DNA from: Nemertoderma westbladi
Lineage: Eukaryota; Animalia; Xenacoelomorpha
Reading direction: 5' to 3'
DNA: 64,000 bases
Assembly (NCBI GenBank): GCA_032718475.1
Contig: JAUCBJ010001783.1
Span: 1 to 64,000 of the forward strand
This document shows, one piece after another, positions 25,645 through 36,400 of this stretch. The stretch's first letter is position 1, and every line of letters begins with the position of its first letter. A program made the position numbers and the translations under genes. The notes beneath the pieces were generated by a model, which saw only the letters and a list, made by a program, of their open reading frames with translations, had not been told where the DNA came from and searched no databases.

Positions 25645-25932
25645 TCTTGAACATGTCTGGGGACTAGGATCCTTGATTCTAGGAAATTGGTCTTTTTAAG
25701 AATATCGGTAAGTGCTACGATATCTTAATAGACTATAATTTTAAAGGATCTAAAATTTGACAGATTTTGTAAATATTAATAATTAATATTTAGGATGGGC
25801 ACCAGTTTATTCCAGAACTTGTCTGGGGACGTTAACCACTGATTCTAGAATTTTGTCTTTCAAGTATATCGGTGGGTGCCGCGATATCTTAATCGACTAG
25901 AATTGCAGATGGTCAAAGGGTTTAACAGATTT
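25645..25932. repeat. Diverged tandem duplication (~165-bp period) in BEL 3' region
   Basis: tgtctggggac...gattctag...tatcggt...cgatatcttaat.gacta occurs at ~25654 and ~25820. Confidence 0.8.
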
Positions 25933-26455
25933 ATTTGCGTTGTACGCTACTGTTAAAGGGACATCATGCTACTATATGTATTATTTAATATACTGTATGA
26001 GAGCAATATCGCACGAAGCAATGTCAGTGAGAAGAGGCAAGTCGTTTCCAAGGTCTACCCAGAGCTTGGTTTAGCCGAGACACGAGGATCTGAACTTTGC
26101 ATTCCTAATACTCTACTTACCAATAATACTTGAATATAGTAGGAGCTTTATTGTACTTTAATAAGTACGGATATTTCATCTTACTGTAGTTACATATTTG
26201 TAATGTAATACGGACAGTAAGGAAAGAGAAAATAATTATTTCTCGCCGTCGCACTAAATATATAATATATAAGTAATTAAATAATAAACGCGAATATATA
26301 TTGCACTAATCTACTAAATAATCACTAAAATAACATTCTACTAAATAAAATTAAAGAAAACGATTATAATAAAATTACATAATAATACATACATAAATAT
26401 AAAATAATAAAAACAAATATAAAATAATATAGTCACACACCCACTCCAGACGATG

Positions 26456-29014
26456 TTACGTTGGGGAGTCCCTAGATGTTTGTTGGATTAGGGAGGTGGT
26501 CGTGGGAAGAGTATCTTGCCTTCCATAGTTTCCAGACAGTTCTCGGTCTCTTTCCAGTAAACATAAACGACCAACTGGGCGATTGAGCTGCTGTGTCTCG
26601 AAGACAATTCCAGGTTTCCTCTTCGTCCTGGAATAGTGACGATAGAAACATCGCTTCAAATACACGACGGCCTTACAAAGCCGATTCCAGGATCTATAGT
26701 GGTCCATCGCTCCCGGCAGGAGAGGTGAGAGTCCCGGCGAGACGTCTGGTGTTCCAGATCTCCAGTCTCTCTCTCTGATCTCCACAACAGATCGGTTCGC
26801 GGTGGGGGAGTTTAGATCCACAGCATCGTCCCTCGCAATGTGTAATACAGACAGATCTATCACGGGTTTAAATAACCTTGATTTACTCGTCCGGGTTTTA
26901 GGTTTGACTTTCTCCGCTCCCTTGGCTTGTCTAATCTCAGCCGTGGCAAGATGGGGAGGCCAGTCATCTTCTTTACTTAGGAAGTCGGGTCCACCTAACC
27001 AGTCTGGAGTATCTGTCAGTTCTTGAGGAGTTGCTCCTCTGGAAGCGATGTTGGTTAGATTAATCGTCTCAGGGCAATATCTCCATTGATCTACATTAGA
27101 GTTAATATCGTCATTATCTGAGGAGTATGGTGTTCCCTCAGTTGGGTCGTCAACTTCACTGCTCTCCACTTCCCATTCACTTAATTGATATACTTGTTCT
27201 TTTGGTAATCTTTCCATAAGAGTTCTACGGGAAGGGCCAGTAAAGTACCAACCTACTCTAGTTCTTCCCGCATAGACTTGTAATGGTTGCGGTTGAGCAG
27301 ACCGTTTTTCCAATGTCTCAAGCGCTTCATGCGCATGTTGGCCGATGAGTATTTGCACTCCAGGGTAGTCTGTGTTGAATCTAGGTATATTAAGCTGCTG
27401 GGTGGAATCGTCCTCATCCCAGTTATAAGGTTCTACTTGGCTGGTAGCGAAGTTCTTTATCGCCACCATTTTTACTGACCTTATGCTGTGTTCTCCTAGT
27501 TCATCCTGGGGGGTGGACAATGCACCTACATAATAATCCGTTATTACTGTAGATTTCCAAACCTGCATAATTCCTGACATGTTTAACTTAGTTCGGAACT
27601 TGGGTTGTCCAGCAAAGATGTCTTTGGCTAGTTCTTTGTCGATGAATGTTCCTGTGCTACCGGAGTCAAGGAGGGCATTCACTATATAACTCCTTTTAGG
27701 TCCGTGGACCCTTAACTGCACTACTGGAAATTCTCGGATTCCTACATTGGAAGTTGGTGCTTTCCAAGATGGTTGTCGATCAGAAGTAGTTAGGGTGAGG
27801 TCGCTGTCTGTGTCTTTTTCATACGTAAGTTCTCGATACACTGCGGTATTTATCATGTAACAGGATTCATCTTCGTCGGAGAATTCATCCGTATAGAATC
27901 CTTCCATCTCAGAACTTTGGTCAGTGTCGTTCACATCACTGAATTGGACATGTAGTTCGGAATCACTTACCTGACTCGGGCTGTTTCGTTCGAATTCAGT
28001 GTGCAACAAGAGATTATGTTTTGCACTGCACTTCGCACACCTTGCGTCGGAGTAACAGGTTCGCCGTTGGTGTCCTTGTCTGAGGCAATTATAACACAAC
28101 CGCTTATCCCACATGACTTCCCGTCTATCCTTTAATGATTTCCTTAGGAATTCATCACACACATTCAAACGGTGGGTCCCGTCACATAGCGCACATTTCG
28201 GTTTGATGTTACTTACCTTATTTTGAGTAACATTGTGCACACTCGTTCTTTCTTCGGTCTTTCTTAACTGAATTCTCTTAGGAGACGTAGGAGGAGTTTT
28301 TCTTACCGGTTCTCTCCTGTCATTGGTTCGAGACTTGAATTTACTTACCTGTTCTTTAGGCGTTTTATTGACATAATAAGATCTTTCAGTGTCTTTCCCG
28401 CTGTCCTCTCCTTGAGAAGTCTGGCTTTCGCCGTCGTCGGTATAACACACTGGTGTTACTTTTCTCCAAGAAACGGGTTTCTCACTTACCTTGTTTTCCG
28501 GTGTCTTCTCTCTGGACTGCCTTAGGAGCTGTAATTTCACTTCTCCATCTAAGAATGACATGAGATCAGCCATGGTAGGGTCTCGTCGTTGTTGTTCCAT
28601 CATATATAACACTTTCTTGTCCCAGCGTGTACCTACTCCACCCTTGGGCAAAGTAGATGCTAAGGCTCCTACAACCATAGAATTCTGGTATTCATGAGAC
28701 TTACCTAACCAATCTAGTTGTTTACAGATCTCCTGAATCTCGTCGGAAAACTCTATAATCCCGCTGCTAAGAAACTTTCGGGGCGCCATTAATTTCGCAT
28801 ACAAATACCTAGCTATGTTATTCCTATTACCATACCTGATGTTTAGGGTATCCCAAACTTGTCTTAATCCATCTGGATGTCCAATAAACTTTAACGCCAT
28901 TAACTTGGGAGATCCTTCCAAGCACTCGATGAGGAATCTAAGTTTCTCTCCGTTAGATAGCACAGAGTTCTGTATGTTATCTTTATAATATTCATTAAAA
29001 GGTAACCATTTCAT
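26456..29014 (-). CDS. BEL/Pao Gag core + zinc knuckles + aspartic protease fused to RNase H tail (852 aa)
   Basis: (KFNGDE)MKWLPF..EKLRFLIECLEG; Cx2Cx3Hx4C, Cx2Cx4Hx4C, Cx2Cx3Hx4H; ALLDSGST; ILIG; QWRYCP..N...IASRG...W..GP.FL; YRSWNRL. Confidence 0.9.
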   Translation of the reverse strand: MKWLPFNEYYKDNIQNSVLSNGEKLRFLIECLEGSPKLMALKFIGHPDGLRQVWDTLNIRYGNRNNIARYLYAKLMAPRKFLSSGIIEFSDEIQEICKQLDWLGKSHEYQNSMVVGALASTLPKGGVGTRWDKKVLYMMEQQRRDPTMADLMSFLDGEVKLQLLRQSREKTPENKVSEKPVSWRKVTPVCYTDDGESQTSQGEDSGKDTERSYYVNKTPKEQVSKFKSRTNDRREPVRKTPPTSPKRIQLRKTEERTSVHNVTQNKVSNIKPKCALCDGTHRLNVCDEFLRKSLKDRREVMWDKRLCYNCLRQGHQRRTCYSDARCAKCSAKHNLLLHTEFERNSPSQVSDSELHVQFSDVNDTDQSSEMEGFYTDEFSDEDESCYMINTAVYRELTYEKDTDSDLTLTTSDRQPSWKAPTSNVGIREFPVVQLRVHGPKRSYIVNALLDSGSTGTFIDKELAKDIFAGQPKFRTKLNMSGIMQVWKSTVITDYYVGALSTPQDELGEHSIRSVKMVAIKNFATSQVEPYNWDEDDSTQQLNIPRFNTDYPGVQILIGQHAHEALETLEKRSAQPQPLQVYAGRTRVGWYFTGPSRRTLMERLPKEQVYQLSEWEVESSEVDDPTEGTPYSSDNDDINSNVDQWRYCPETINLTNIASRGATPQELTDTPDWLGGPDFLSKEDDWPPHLATAEIRQAKGAEKVKPKTRTSKSRLFKPVIDLSVLHIARDDAVDLNSPTANRSVVEIRERDWRSGTPDVSPGLSPLLPGAMDHYRSWNRLCKAVVYLKRCFYRHYSRTKRKPGIVFETQQLNRPVGRLCLLERDRELSGNYGRQDTLPTTTSLIQQTSRDSPT

Positions 29015-31329
29015 CTCATCTCCATTGAACTTGACGATTTTACCGCTTGACGGGCTTCGGTTCTAGCCATTTGACGTGTAAAACTTTCTTGGGCCATCGT
29101 GTTATTTAATATCGAGTTATCGGTATATAAATTTCTCGGATTATGATCAGGTCTATAGGGAATATCATTGTCAACAGGTTTATAATTACCCTTAATAGGG
29201 TTCACTATAGGAGTTTCTACTTCACTAGCAGTATAGACTAATTTATCGCATTCTAACGCGATACTTTGCTGCACTTCTTGCAACTCTAACCTACTTTCCC
29301 TTACTGTGCCCTTGAACTGCTTAACAGTCTCCTGCATCTGCCCGAGCAGGAGATCCATCCCCCGCCGTCTCTCATCCACCCACTCGACCGCCGAAGCGGG
29401 AGCCGCCAACGTTGTAGCGGGCGGACGAGGGACAACGGGCGACAAATCATTAATATTTCGCTCGGAGTCCAGGACATGAACATTTTCAGGGATGGTTCTG
29501 TGGGGCACAGGTAGCTTAGTGCTGTGCAGAGGGAATTTAGAGGTAAGTTCTGGGAGTACAGGTGTCTCTATCACCAAAGGGGTGGCGTCGAGCACAGGCC
29601 TAATTAATTCAGGCTCATCTACTATAGTAGGGAGTCTTTCTATTTTAATTATTTGGTCTGTGGGTTCTGTACTACCTAAGTCTGTGCTAGCTAGTTGTTT
29701 CCTAACAGCTGGGGGCAAATCAGGCAATTTCTGACGGTGGGACATTCTTCTACGTCTGCTGAGACGAGATCTATTTCCTCCACCTTCAGTATCGGTGGCA
29801 TCGCCTTCCTCAGATGATGTATATCCCTGTCTTTTGGGAGTAGATTGACTCATCATCTGCATTTGACTAGCTGTTAACTGTTTATTTATGCAGTCTTGAT
29901 TCTCTTGAATATTTTCCAACTCTAGTTTGGTGGTCTCTTCAGATGCTCTTCGTTCTGCTTCTGCCACTGCTCGCTTTCTTTCGGCTTCTGCCGCTTTTCT
30001 TTCTGATTCAGCCGCTGCCGCTTTTGCCTCTGCCGCTGCCACTTTTGCCTCTGCTGCTGCCGCTTTTACCTCTGCCGCTGCCTCTGCCGCTTTTCTATCC
30101 ACTTCTGCCGCTTTTCTTTCTGCTTCTGCCTCTGCTGCTGCCGCTGCTGCTATCTTTCTGTCTTCTATACGTTTTTTCTTTACTTGTTCTTCTTGGACTC
30201 TAGTGATGCGGAGGCGTTCCTCAAATTTAGCTTGGTTCGCAGCTCTTTTATCCGCATCGATTGCGTCCAACACAAGCTTGGCTCCTTCACTATTAGGGCT
30301 AAGTCCCTCCAGCCTTCTCCTCAACTCTTCATCTCCTACAAAGCGTTGATAGTCTGACAGATAGATGTCAATAGCATCCCTCTTATGCGGTTTCTCTGCT
30401 GTCGCTTCACTTTCCACTTGGGAAAAGGTAGCGTCTGTTGATTCTCCAAGGGTTGAGCACTCATCCAACTGAGATTTCCACGGGGCAGTTCTTTGAACTT
30501 GGAGACTCACCCGCTGTAACCAAGTCTTTATGGCAACTTGCAACGACGTGTCTTGTCTTCTTTTCGAAGCTTCCTCAAAGGCAGATAAGATTAGTCTGAT
30601 TCTTAGAATTCTTTCTCTAACTTGATAAAGCAGCTCTCCCTGCTCTTGAGGTCCTTGGGGTTGTCGAAACAGTTGTTCCTCTAATCGCTCCATAGAGCTG
30701 AAGAATCCCTGTACGTATCCTGCTGCTGACCTCTTCCACACAGCTGGATCGATGGTTTCTTTTGTTACTCCCATCCTGTGTATGTCTTCCCAGGCAGCTT
30801 CCGATAAGTCAAATGGGAGTCCGGGTCCGGGGAAGTTCCATTGCGATTCGACAATAGACTTCAGTTCTTCCCTTGTATATCCCGCATAACTATCCTTGGT
30901 CGATCGCTTACTTCTCGCCCAATCAATCTGGTGTTCCTCCACCGCAATCAATACCCTAGTGAGTACGGCTGCAGGAAGGATTAGAAGGGGATCCGAATAA
31001 ACCGCATCTGCCATCTTTGCTCCGCACTCGGGTGTCAGCTCTACAGTATCCGCACTACTGGAGCTGTCGGGCCGCTGAGAAATAAGTTCTCGGCTCGCGG
31101 GTTGTTGCTGTTCCGCTGCTTCTTGGTCCCGCTTGACCTGAGCTCGAGTGCCTATGATAGACCTACGGTGTTGGACCAGCCTAGGATCTGATACTACTAC
31201 TGGAGGGATGATCTTTCTTACAGTAGGAGGTGAATTGAACTTCGGTCTCACACGTTCCACACTCCTGTCCGGGTCACAGATGGTTGTATCTAGGAGACTG
31301 TCTGACAGGTTTTGCTTTGTGTCAGACAT
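29011..31329 (-). CDS. BEL/Pao Gag N-terminal ORF (772 aa, Ala/Glu coiled coil)
   Basis: Uninterrupted ORF with an AAEAKAAAAE-type repeat. It ends where the DUF1759-like motif starts in the -1 frame. Confidence 0.8.
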   Translation of the reverse strand: MSDTKQNLSDSLLDTTICDPDRSVERVRPKFNSPPTVRKIIPPVVVSDPRLVQHRRSIIGTRAQVKRDQEAAEQQQPASRELISQRPDSSSSADTVELTPECGAKMADAVYSDPLLILPAAVLTRVLIAVEEHQIDWARSKRSTKDSYAGYTREELKSIVESQWNFPGPGLPFDLSEAAWEDIHRMGVTKETIDPAVWKRSAAGYVQGFFSSMERLEEQLFRQPQGPQEQGELLYQVRERILRIRLILSAFEEASKRRQDTSLQVAIKTWLQRVSLQVQRTAPWKSQLDECSTLGESTDATFSQVESEATAEKPHKRDAIDIYLSDYQRFVGDEELRRRLEGLSPNSEGAKLVLDAIDADKRAANQAKFEERLRITRVQEEQVKKKRIEDRKIAAAAAAEAEAERKAAEVDRKAAEAAAEVKAAAAEAKVAAAEAKAAAAESERKAAEAERKRAVAEAERRASEETTKLELENIQENQDCINKQLTASQMQMMSQSTPKRQGYTSSEEGDATDTEGGGNRSRLSRRRRMSHRQKLPDLPPAVRKQLASTDLGSTEPTDQIIKIERLPTIVDEPELIRPVLDATPLVIETPVLPELTSKFPLHSTKLPVPHRTIPENVHVLDSERNINDLSPVVPRPPATTLAAPASAVEWVDERRRGMDLLLGQMQETVKQFKGTVRESRLELQEVQQSIALECDKLVYTASEVETPIVNPIKGNYKPVDNDIPYRPDHNPRNLYTDNSILNNTMAQESFTRQMARTEARQAVKSSSSMEMR

Positions 31330-31469
31330 GTTTGTTTGTACAGTTGAATGCCTATTGCCTACTGCTATATTACAGTTTAAGCAAGTCTAGTAATTCAGTA
31401 TCACTGTTAGCCTAGTAATTAATTACCGATACTGCTACTCAGTGTAGCGTGATATATATGTAATATATT

Positions 31470-31710
31470 AGTATAGTATATATATATAAGTATTATTACA
31501 GACTAGATTTGTCACAGAATACCGGTATGTAATTTCAGCACAAATATATATAAATATATAATAGGCCTATCGTGAATACCGGTATACAGCTTACACTTAT
31601 AGTATATATAAGTATAATTATGGACTAGAATTAATTACAGAATACTGGTATAATTTCAGCCTAAATTTATAGAAATAAATATAATAAGCCTATTGTAAAT
31701 ACCGGTATAT
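31470..31710. repeat. Two ~120-bp tandem copies in BEL 5' leader
   Basis: tatagtatatataagtat..gactaga..acagaatac.ggtat..aatttcagc..gcctat.gt.aataccggtata occurs twice. Confidence 0.75.
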
Positions 31711-32659
31711 CAATTATTTTAGAATAATTGAATTTCTGAATTTTAGGGGTTACTTGGTTACTTTAACTTACTTTATTACCGTTATTTGAGCAGTAGTCCA
31801 ACTGATATTGAGACCTAATTGTTGTATGGCAGGCCTACTATTTATAAATAGTTTGAGTTGATTTATAATATATATACCCGTTTTAATGGGTTTTTGTCAA
31901 TATTTGAAATAAATGTTATTATTTCTGGGGGGGAGTCACTACACAGAAGCTGTGCGCTCTCAGTGAAGTGCTACTTGTTGGACACTAAAACAAATAATTC
32001 TAATTTACCTAAGTTACTTAATACTACAAATTACGTACAATTCGGGGTGAGATTACAATCTCTAAATAAACACAAAAATTACACGTACGAATTTTTAGGG
32101 TAATTTTACAAGAAGTCTACAAACCAGCCTAACAAAGGGTTAGATTATCTGGTTATTACAACGAACAGGATACTACAGTATTTGAAAATAATAAAGCAGT
32201 AGTAAATATACTGCGTTGTCCAGATAGGAAAAATACCACCGTCTGACGACTTATAGGCGTATCGCTATAAGTACTACGTTATGTATCACGGAGTGTTCCT
32301 ACCTAGAAGTTAATTACCGCGGTCTACCAGAACCAACGTGCCTATTAACCACTTTACAACACAAATATACTGCCTACACACTAATTACCTTCGGAAAGCA
32401 CTGTACACTAAACCCTAAATTAGGTACAAGTACTCATACAACCAATAATCAGTAGTTAAAATACTTGAACAGCTAAAAGAACCACGGTATCTGCTGGAGT
32501 GATCGGGGCACAAAATCACCAGTCTTTACCTACGCCAAGCAGCCCTGATGTAGTACCGGGGTTAGTTTAACTATAACGGTATATATAACAAGCACAATTA
32601 CTGTAGGAATAAACTTGGGGATATGAATGTTGCGAATAATCGCATAAACTCTGAATAAT

Positions 32660-33227
32660 AAATATTACGCTACGCGTACAGACTACTCAAACAAAATGCA
32701 GACCAAATACTGACAGACTACTATCAAGCCTAAACAAACTACGGTATATGCAGACTCCGAAATGGTTAGTTAGTATGCGTTCTAACCGAGTAGTACGACT
32801 TATTCTTTTGAGGGGGTTTACCTCACAGCACTGGAAGCCCCTACGTTCCCAACTGGCACTTTATCGGACATACACTCTACACACACCGCAATCTCTTCAG
32901 ACCTAACAACAGCTAGGCAACAATCCAGCCTACAAATTATCTAAATAAGAAATATTACGCTACCCGTACAGACTACACAAACAAAATACAGACCAAACGC
33001 TGGCAGACTACTATCAAGCCTAAACAAACTACAGTATATGCAGACTCCGAAATGGTTAGTTAGTATGCGTTCTAACCGAGTAGTACGACTTATTCTTTCG
33101 TGGGGGTTTACCTCACAGCACTGGAAGCCCCTACTTTCCTAACTAGTACTTTTTCGGACATACGCTCTACACACACTACAGTCCCTTCAGACTTAACAAC
33201 AGTCAGACAACAGTCCAGCCTACAAAT
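32660..33227. repeat. Two ~290-bp tandem copies in BEL 5' leader
   Basis: aatattacgctac.cgtacagactac at 32661 and 32951, with both copies ending cagcctacaaat. Confidence 0.92.
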
Positions 33228-33512
33228 AATTTGTACAATCTGGGCAGGCTTACACGTCTTCTGCTCAATATTAACCTACAAATAAATAAAACCTGACAGA
33301 AACAAGTAAAATCTCAATAAAAAACCAGGGCGGCCGTCCCTGATTAATTATTAAGGCCTACCGGTATATAATTATCAAAATCGAATAATACTGCTGTACC
33401 TGTACTGCTATAAGTACCGGTCCGGGTAGTTAGGTAGTCAGGCCTACTAGGTACCGGTTAACCGGTACTTCAGCTTTATTGCCAACCGCAATAAAGAAGC
33501 TATATCTGTTAT

Positions 33513-34752
33513 TGTTCACGCTTTCAGACCTTTAGCAGTTTAACCTGCCAAATTTGGATGTCTTCTAGATAATAAATCGACTTTAGCCTATGACGAGTAT
33601 TTGATACACTACATTAGCCGAAGCCAGTCTATGCGCGACCATTCACCCGCTGGATATACCCGGGAGACTGGATTCGGAAGCCTAACCTTATTGCCGTGTA
33701 GGCCTACTGTATTATTCGACTGATCGTAATATATAATCTCTGACAAATATTATTCACTTTCGGGAAATATTAACAGTTCCTTTAGGACGTGGCGCTCTAA
33801 ATATGTAAACAGAGTTATGACTTAAACTAGACACAACGGGATGGCTATGGATTCACGTATATAGCGCATTCTTTAGGAGATGCTTTGTTATCAGTCACAA
33901 TCATACACACTACTGCACAATGCTGCACACCGATCTGCCGACCTTCACTAATTTTAGTCACATATAAAGAGAACAACAACCGATACATGTAGTGCCTATG
34001 AAATAGCATTAGATTCACTTCAAAACCACTTTAATGTAAGTCGCAATCGTTATATGTAACCGGTCTCTCTTACCTTCAGTATATCAAGAAGATTGAGGGT
34101 TTTGTAATTATTCATCGATATTCCAAATATAATAATATTCCATCAACTGATATAATGAATAACCGACAGTAAATAGCAGTAAAAATGTTAAGGTATAAAT
34201 TGTTATGACATGTTATGGTATGATTAGTAAGTAAGATAACAGATATACGTTCTATAATTAAGCCTACTAATGTTGGGCTAAAGCCTGAAAACACAGAGAT
34301 TCCAAAGCCGGTCTTCTAGGCTCGGAAAAAACCAACACAACTGATCCCTCTGGGCTGTTGTAGGTATCTTTCAACACAAAGAGAAACAGCTCTCATTGGC
34401 CGATTTCCAGATTCTGTAGGTTCCACGAATGTCTAAATGCCGAACTATTCGGGTTTTTGCAGCCCATATTCAACACAAGGCGAAATCGCTCTGATTGGTG
34501 GATCATTGTTCTGATTGGTTGATCGAACAGAACAAAGAGCCTATAGGCGTACAGCAAATCGGTTGGTAGATTGCGTCATTTGAGTTAGGTAGTTTAGAGT
34601 ATTTGAGCGCATTGTGGGAAAACTGGCTTTTTATGTCCGCTAAAGCACACATGCAGACACAGCGGATAAATCGCTAGTTATGTCCTCTAAAAACACCTTA
34701 CACAGTACATTGCGGAGAAAAGGGCCAGTTATATCCCGCAAAAGCTTTTACA
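33513..34752 (-). repeat. BEL/Pao 5' LTR
   Basis: Direct repeat of 22145-23384. Contains several CCAAT boxes (ATTGG on +) and a TGACGCAA-like site in the U3-side half. Confidence 0.97.
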
Positions 34753-34761
34753 CCTACTGTA

Positions 34762-35105
34762 TCAACCCATAATGTCAAAAAGGCTGGCTTCAGAAGAATC
34801 CAAAGTGCCCAGTGTGGAGGCGGCGTTCCCGATAAAAATGGCGATGAGGATAGGCTGGAGGAGGAAGCGGTGAAACATGGGCTCCATGGTTACGGCGTGG
34901 AGCCTCCGGCCAACCTCCTTCAGGAAGCAGGCGGTTTCTGGGCCTGGTTGTCCGAGCGTCTCGAACGCAACAGGGTGAAAGATGTGGCCCCGCCTAACCA
35001 ACTCTGCGTACTTGGAGGTTTTGGCGGCCTCGGCTTCCTTCACCACTCGGTCTCCCCCGGACTGACTGGTAGCGAGGTCCGAGGTGGCTGGGCACGAGCG
35101 GGTCC
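34762..35105 (-). mobile_element. CRE-clade (restriction-like endonuclease) non-LTR retrotransposon 3' fragment
   Basis: DPLVPSHL/DLATSQSG..EAEAAKTSKYAEL..IFHPVAFETLG..G..T..FLKEVGRRL...FLLQ.I.IAI..GNAA..LGT is the typical CRE C-terminus. Its 3' UTR probably continues left of 22140. Confidence 0.85.
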
Positions 35106-36400
35106 CTACTACTACTACTACTACTAGGATCGGCATGCTGCATTGCAGCTGCATTTTTAAGAATGCTGTGCCGGCTTATCAACAAAATTGCACCGCCACA
35201 ACTCCCTATCACCCATGACATTTGCTAGATCATCCGCATCTTTAAGGCCAGTGTCCTTTAAGATGCGTCTCAAGAAAGTCATGGGCTGTCCACCATGCTT
35301 ATTCACTCCATGAGGCTGCCAAAGTACAAGATTATGCAGTGGCTGGTCCTCACGGCGAAAGCAATGCCCTGCAAAGCGGAGGCGATTTTGTTCTAGTGTC
35401 AAGCTTGCGGGAACCAATGAGACACCTCCAATGTTATATAGTGTCTGGTTGGAGATGTGTGCATTGTACTTGACACAATGAACCCGGCGTAGCATTCTTG
35501 TGAATGTGCCATCCAGAGATTTGGTGTCCTCAGCAGTTAGAGCCCAGCATGGACTCCCGTAGAGGAGTACTGGAACTACTGCTGCTCTAAATAATCGGAC
35601 CTTAAGTTTCCGATTAATTCTCGGTGACTTCCAAATCCTGGAAAGCCTATTCAAGGCTGCCCATGCCTTTCCCTTACGTATTCGAAGGTCCTCACCTGAC
35701 TTCCGGATCCATGATCCCAGGTAACAGAAGTCGTCCACATGCTCAAGCATACCATCCTTTGAGCTTATGCTCATCCGATCAGAGACTTGCTGAGGACTTT
35801 CAAAGTTAACTGTCAGAATTTTGGTCTTTCTGGAGTTAATAAAAAGACCAACACTAGAAGCAGCATGTTCTAATGAGCTGAGGAGCCGTTGGGCTCCCTC
35901 TAATGATTCTGAGAGTACTCCTAAGTCATCAGCAAATTCTAGATCAGTTAGGTACTTGGCAGGATTTCCTTGACTTCTGGAGCCAGTAGGTTGAGTTATC
36001 ATCACCCCATCATCATTATAATGATCTAAGGACATGCGTAGAACATAGTCAACCACAATAATGAACAAGAATGGTGCAAGTGTGTCTCCTTGGAGGACAC
36101 CCCATAACACTTCAAATGGTTCTGTGTCACCGTCAACAGTAGACACAAATGTTGTCGAACCATTGTATACTGATCTCATTGCTGCAATAATTTCATCAGG
36201 AATCCCATATAATGAAAGTATGCTGAACATACGTGAGCGAGAGACTGAATCAAAGGCCTTGAAGAAGTCAACAAAGATAACAGCCAGATGCCTGTCTTTC
36301 TTTTTCGATAACTCTTCAATTATCCTTCTAAGTGCCAAAATGGGCTCCATGGTCCCACGACCTTTACGGAACCCATTCTGATAGTGACTTAAAATGTCCA
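35106..36400 (-). mobile_element. RTE-clade LINE, 5'-truncated, with (TAG)7 tail
   Basis: QNGFRKGRGT, FVDFFKAFDSV, GVLQGDTLAPFLF, DLEFADD, RLRFAGHC; stop at 35157; (cta)7 at 35106-35126. Confidence 0.95.

Larger units (their letters stand above)
22145..34752 (-). mobile_element. BEL/Pao LTR retrotransposon, non-autonomous (Gag-PR only), young insertion
   Basis: Two 1240-bp TG..CA LTRs, TSD CCTAC (22140-22144, 34753-34757), PPT-like gggagcgg next to the 3' LTR, BEL-type triple zinc knuckle and DSG protease. No RT or IN motifs. Confidence 0.95.

Noticed and set aside
29927-30349. Ala-rich and Leu/Pro-rich plus-strand ORFs (antifreeze-like)
   Set aside because: Antisense shadows of the Gag coiled-coil repeat.
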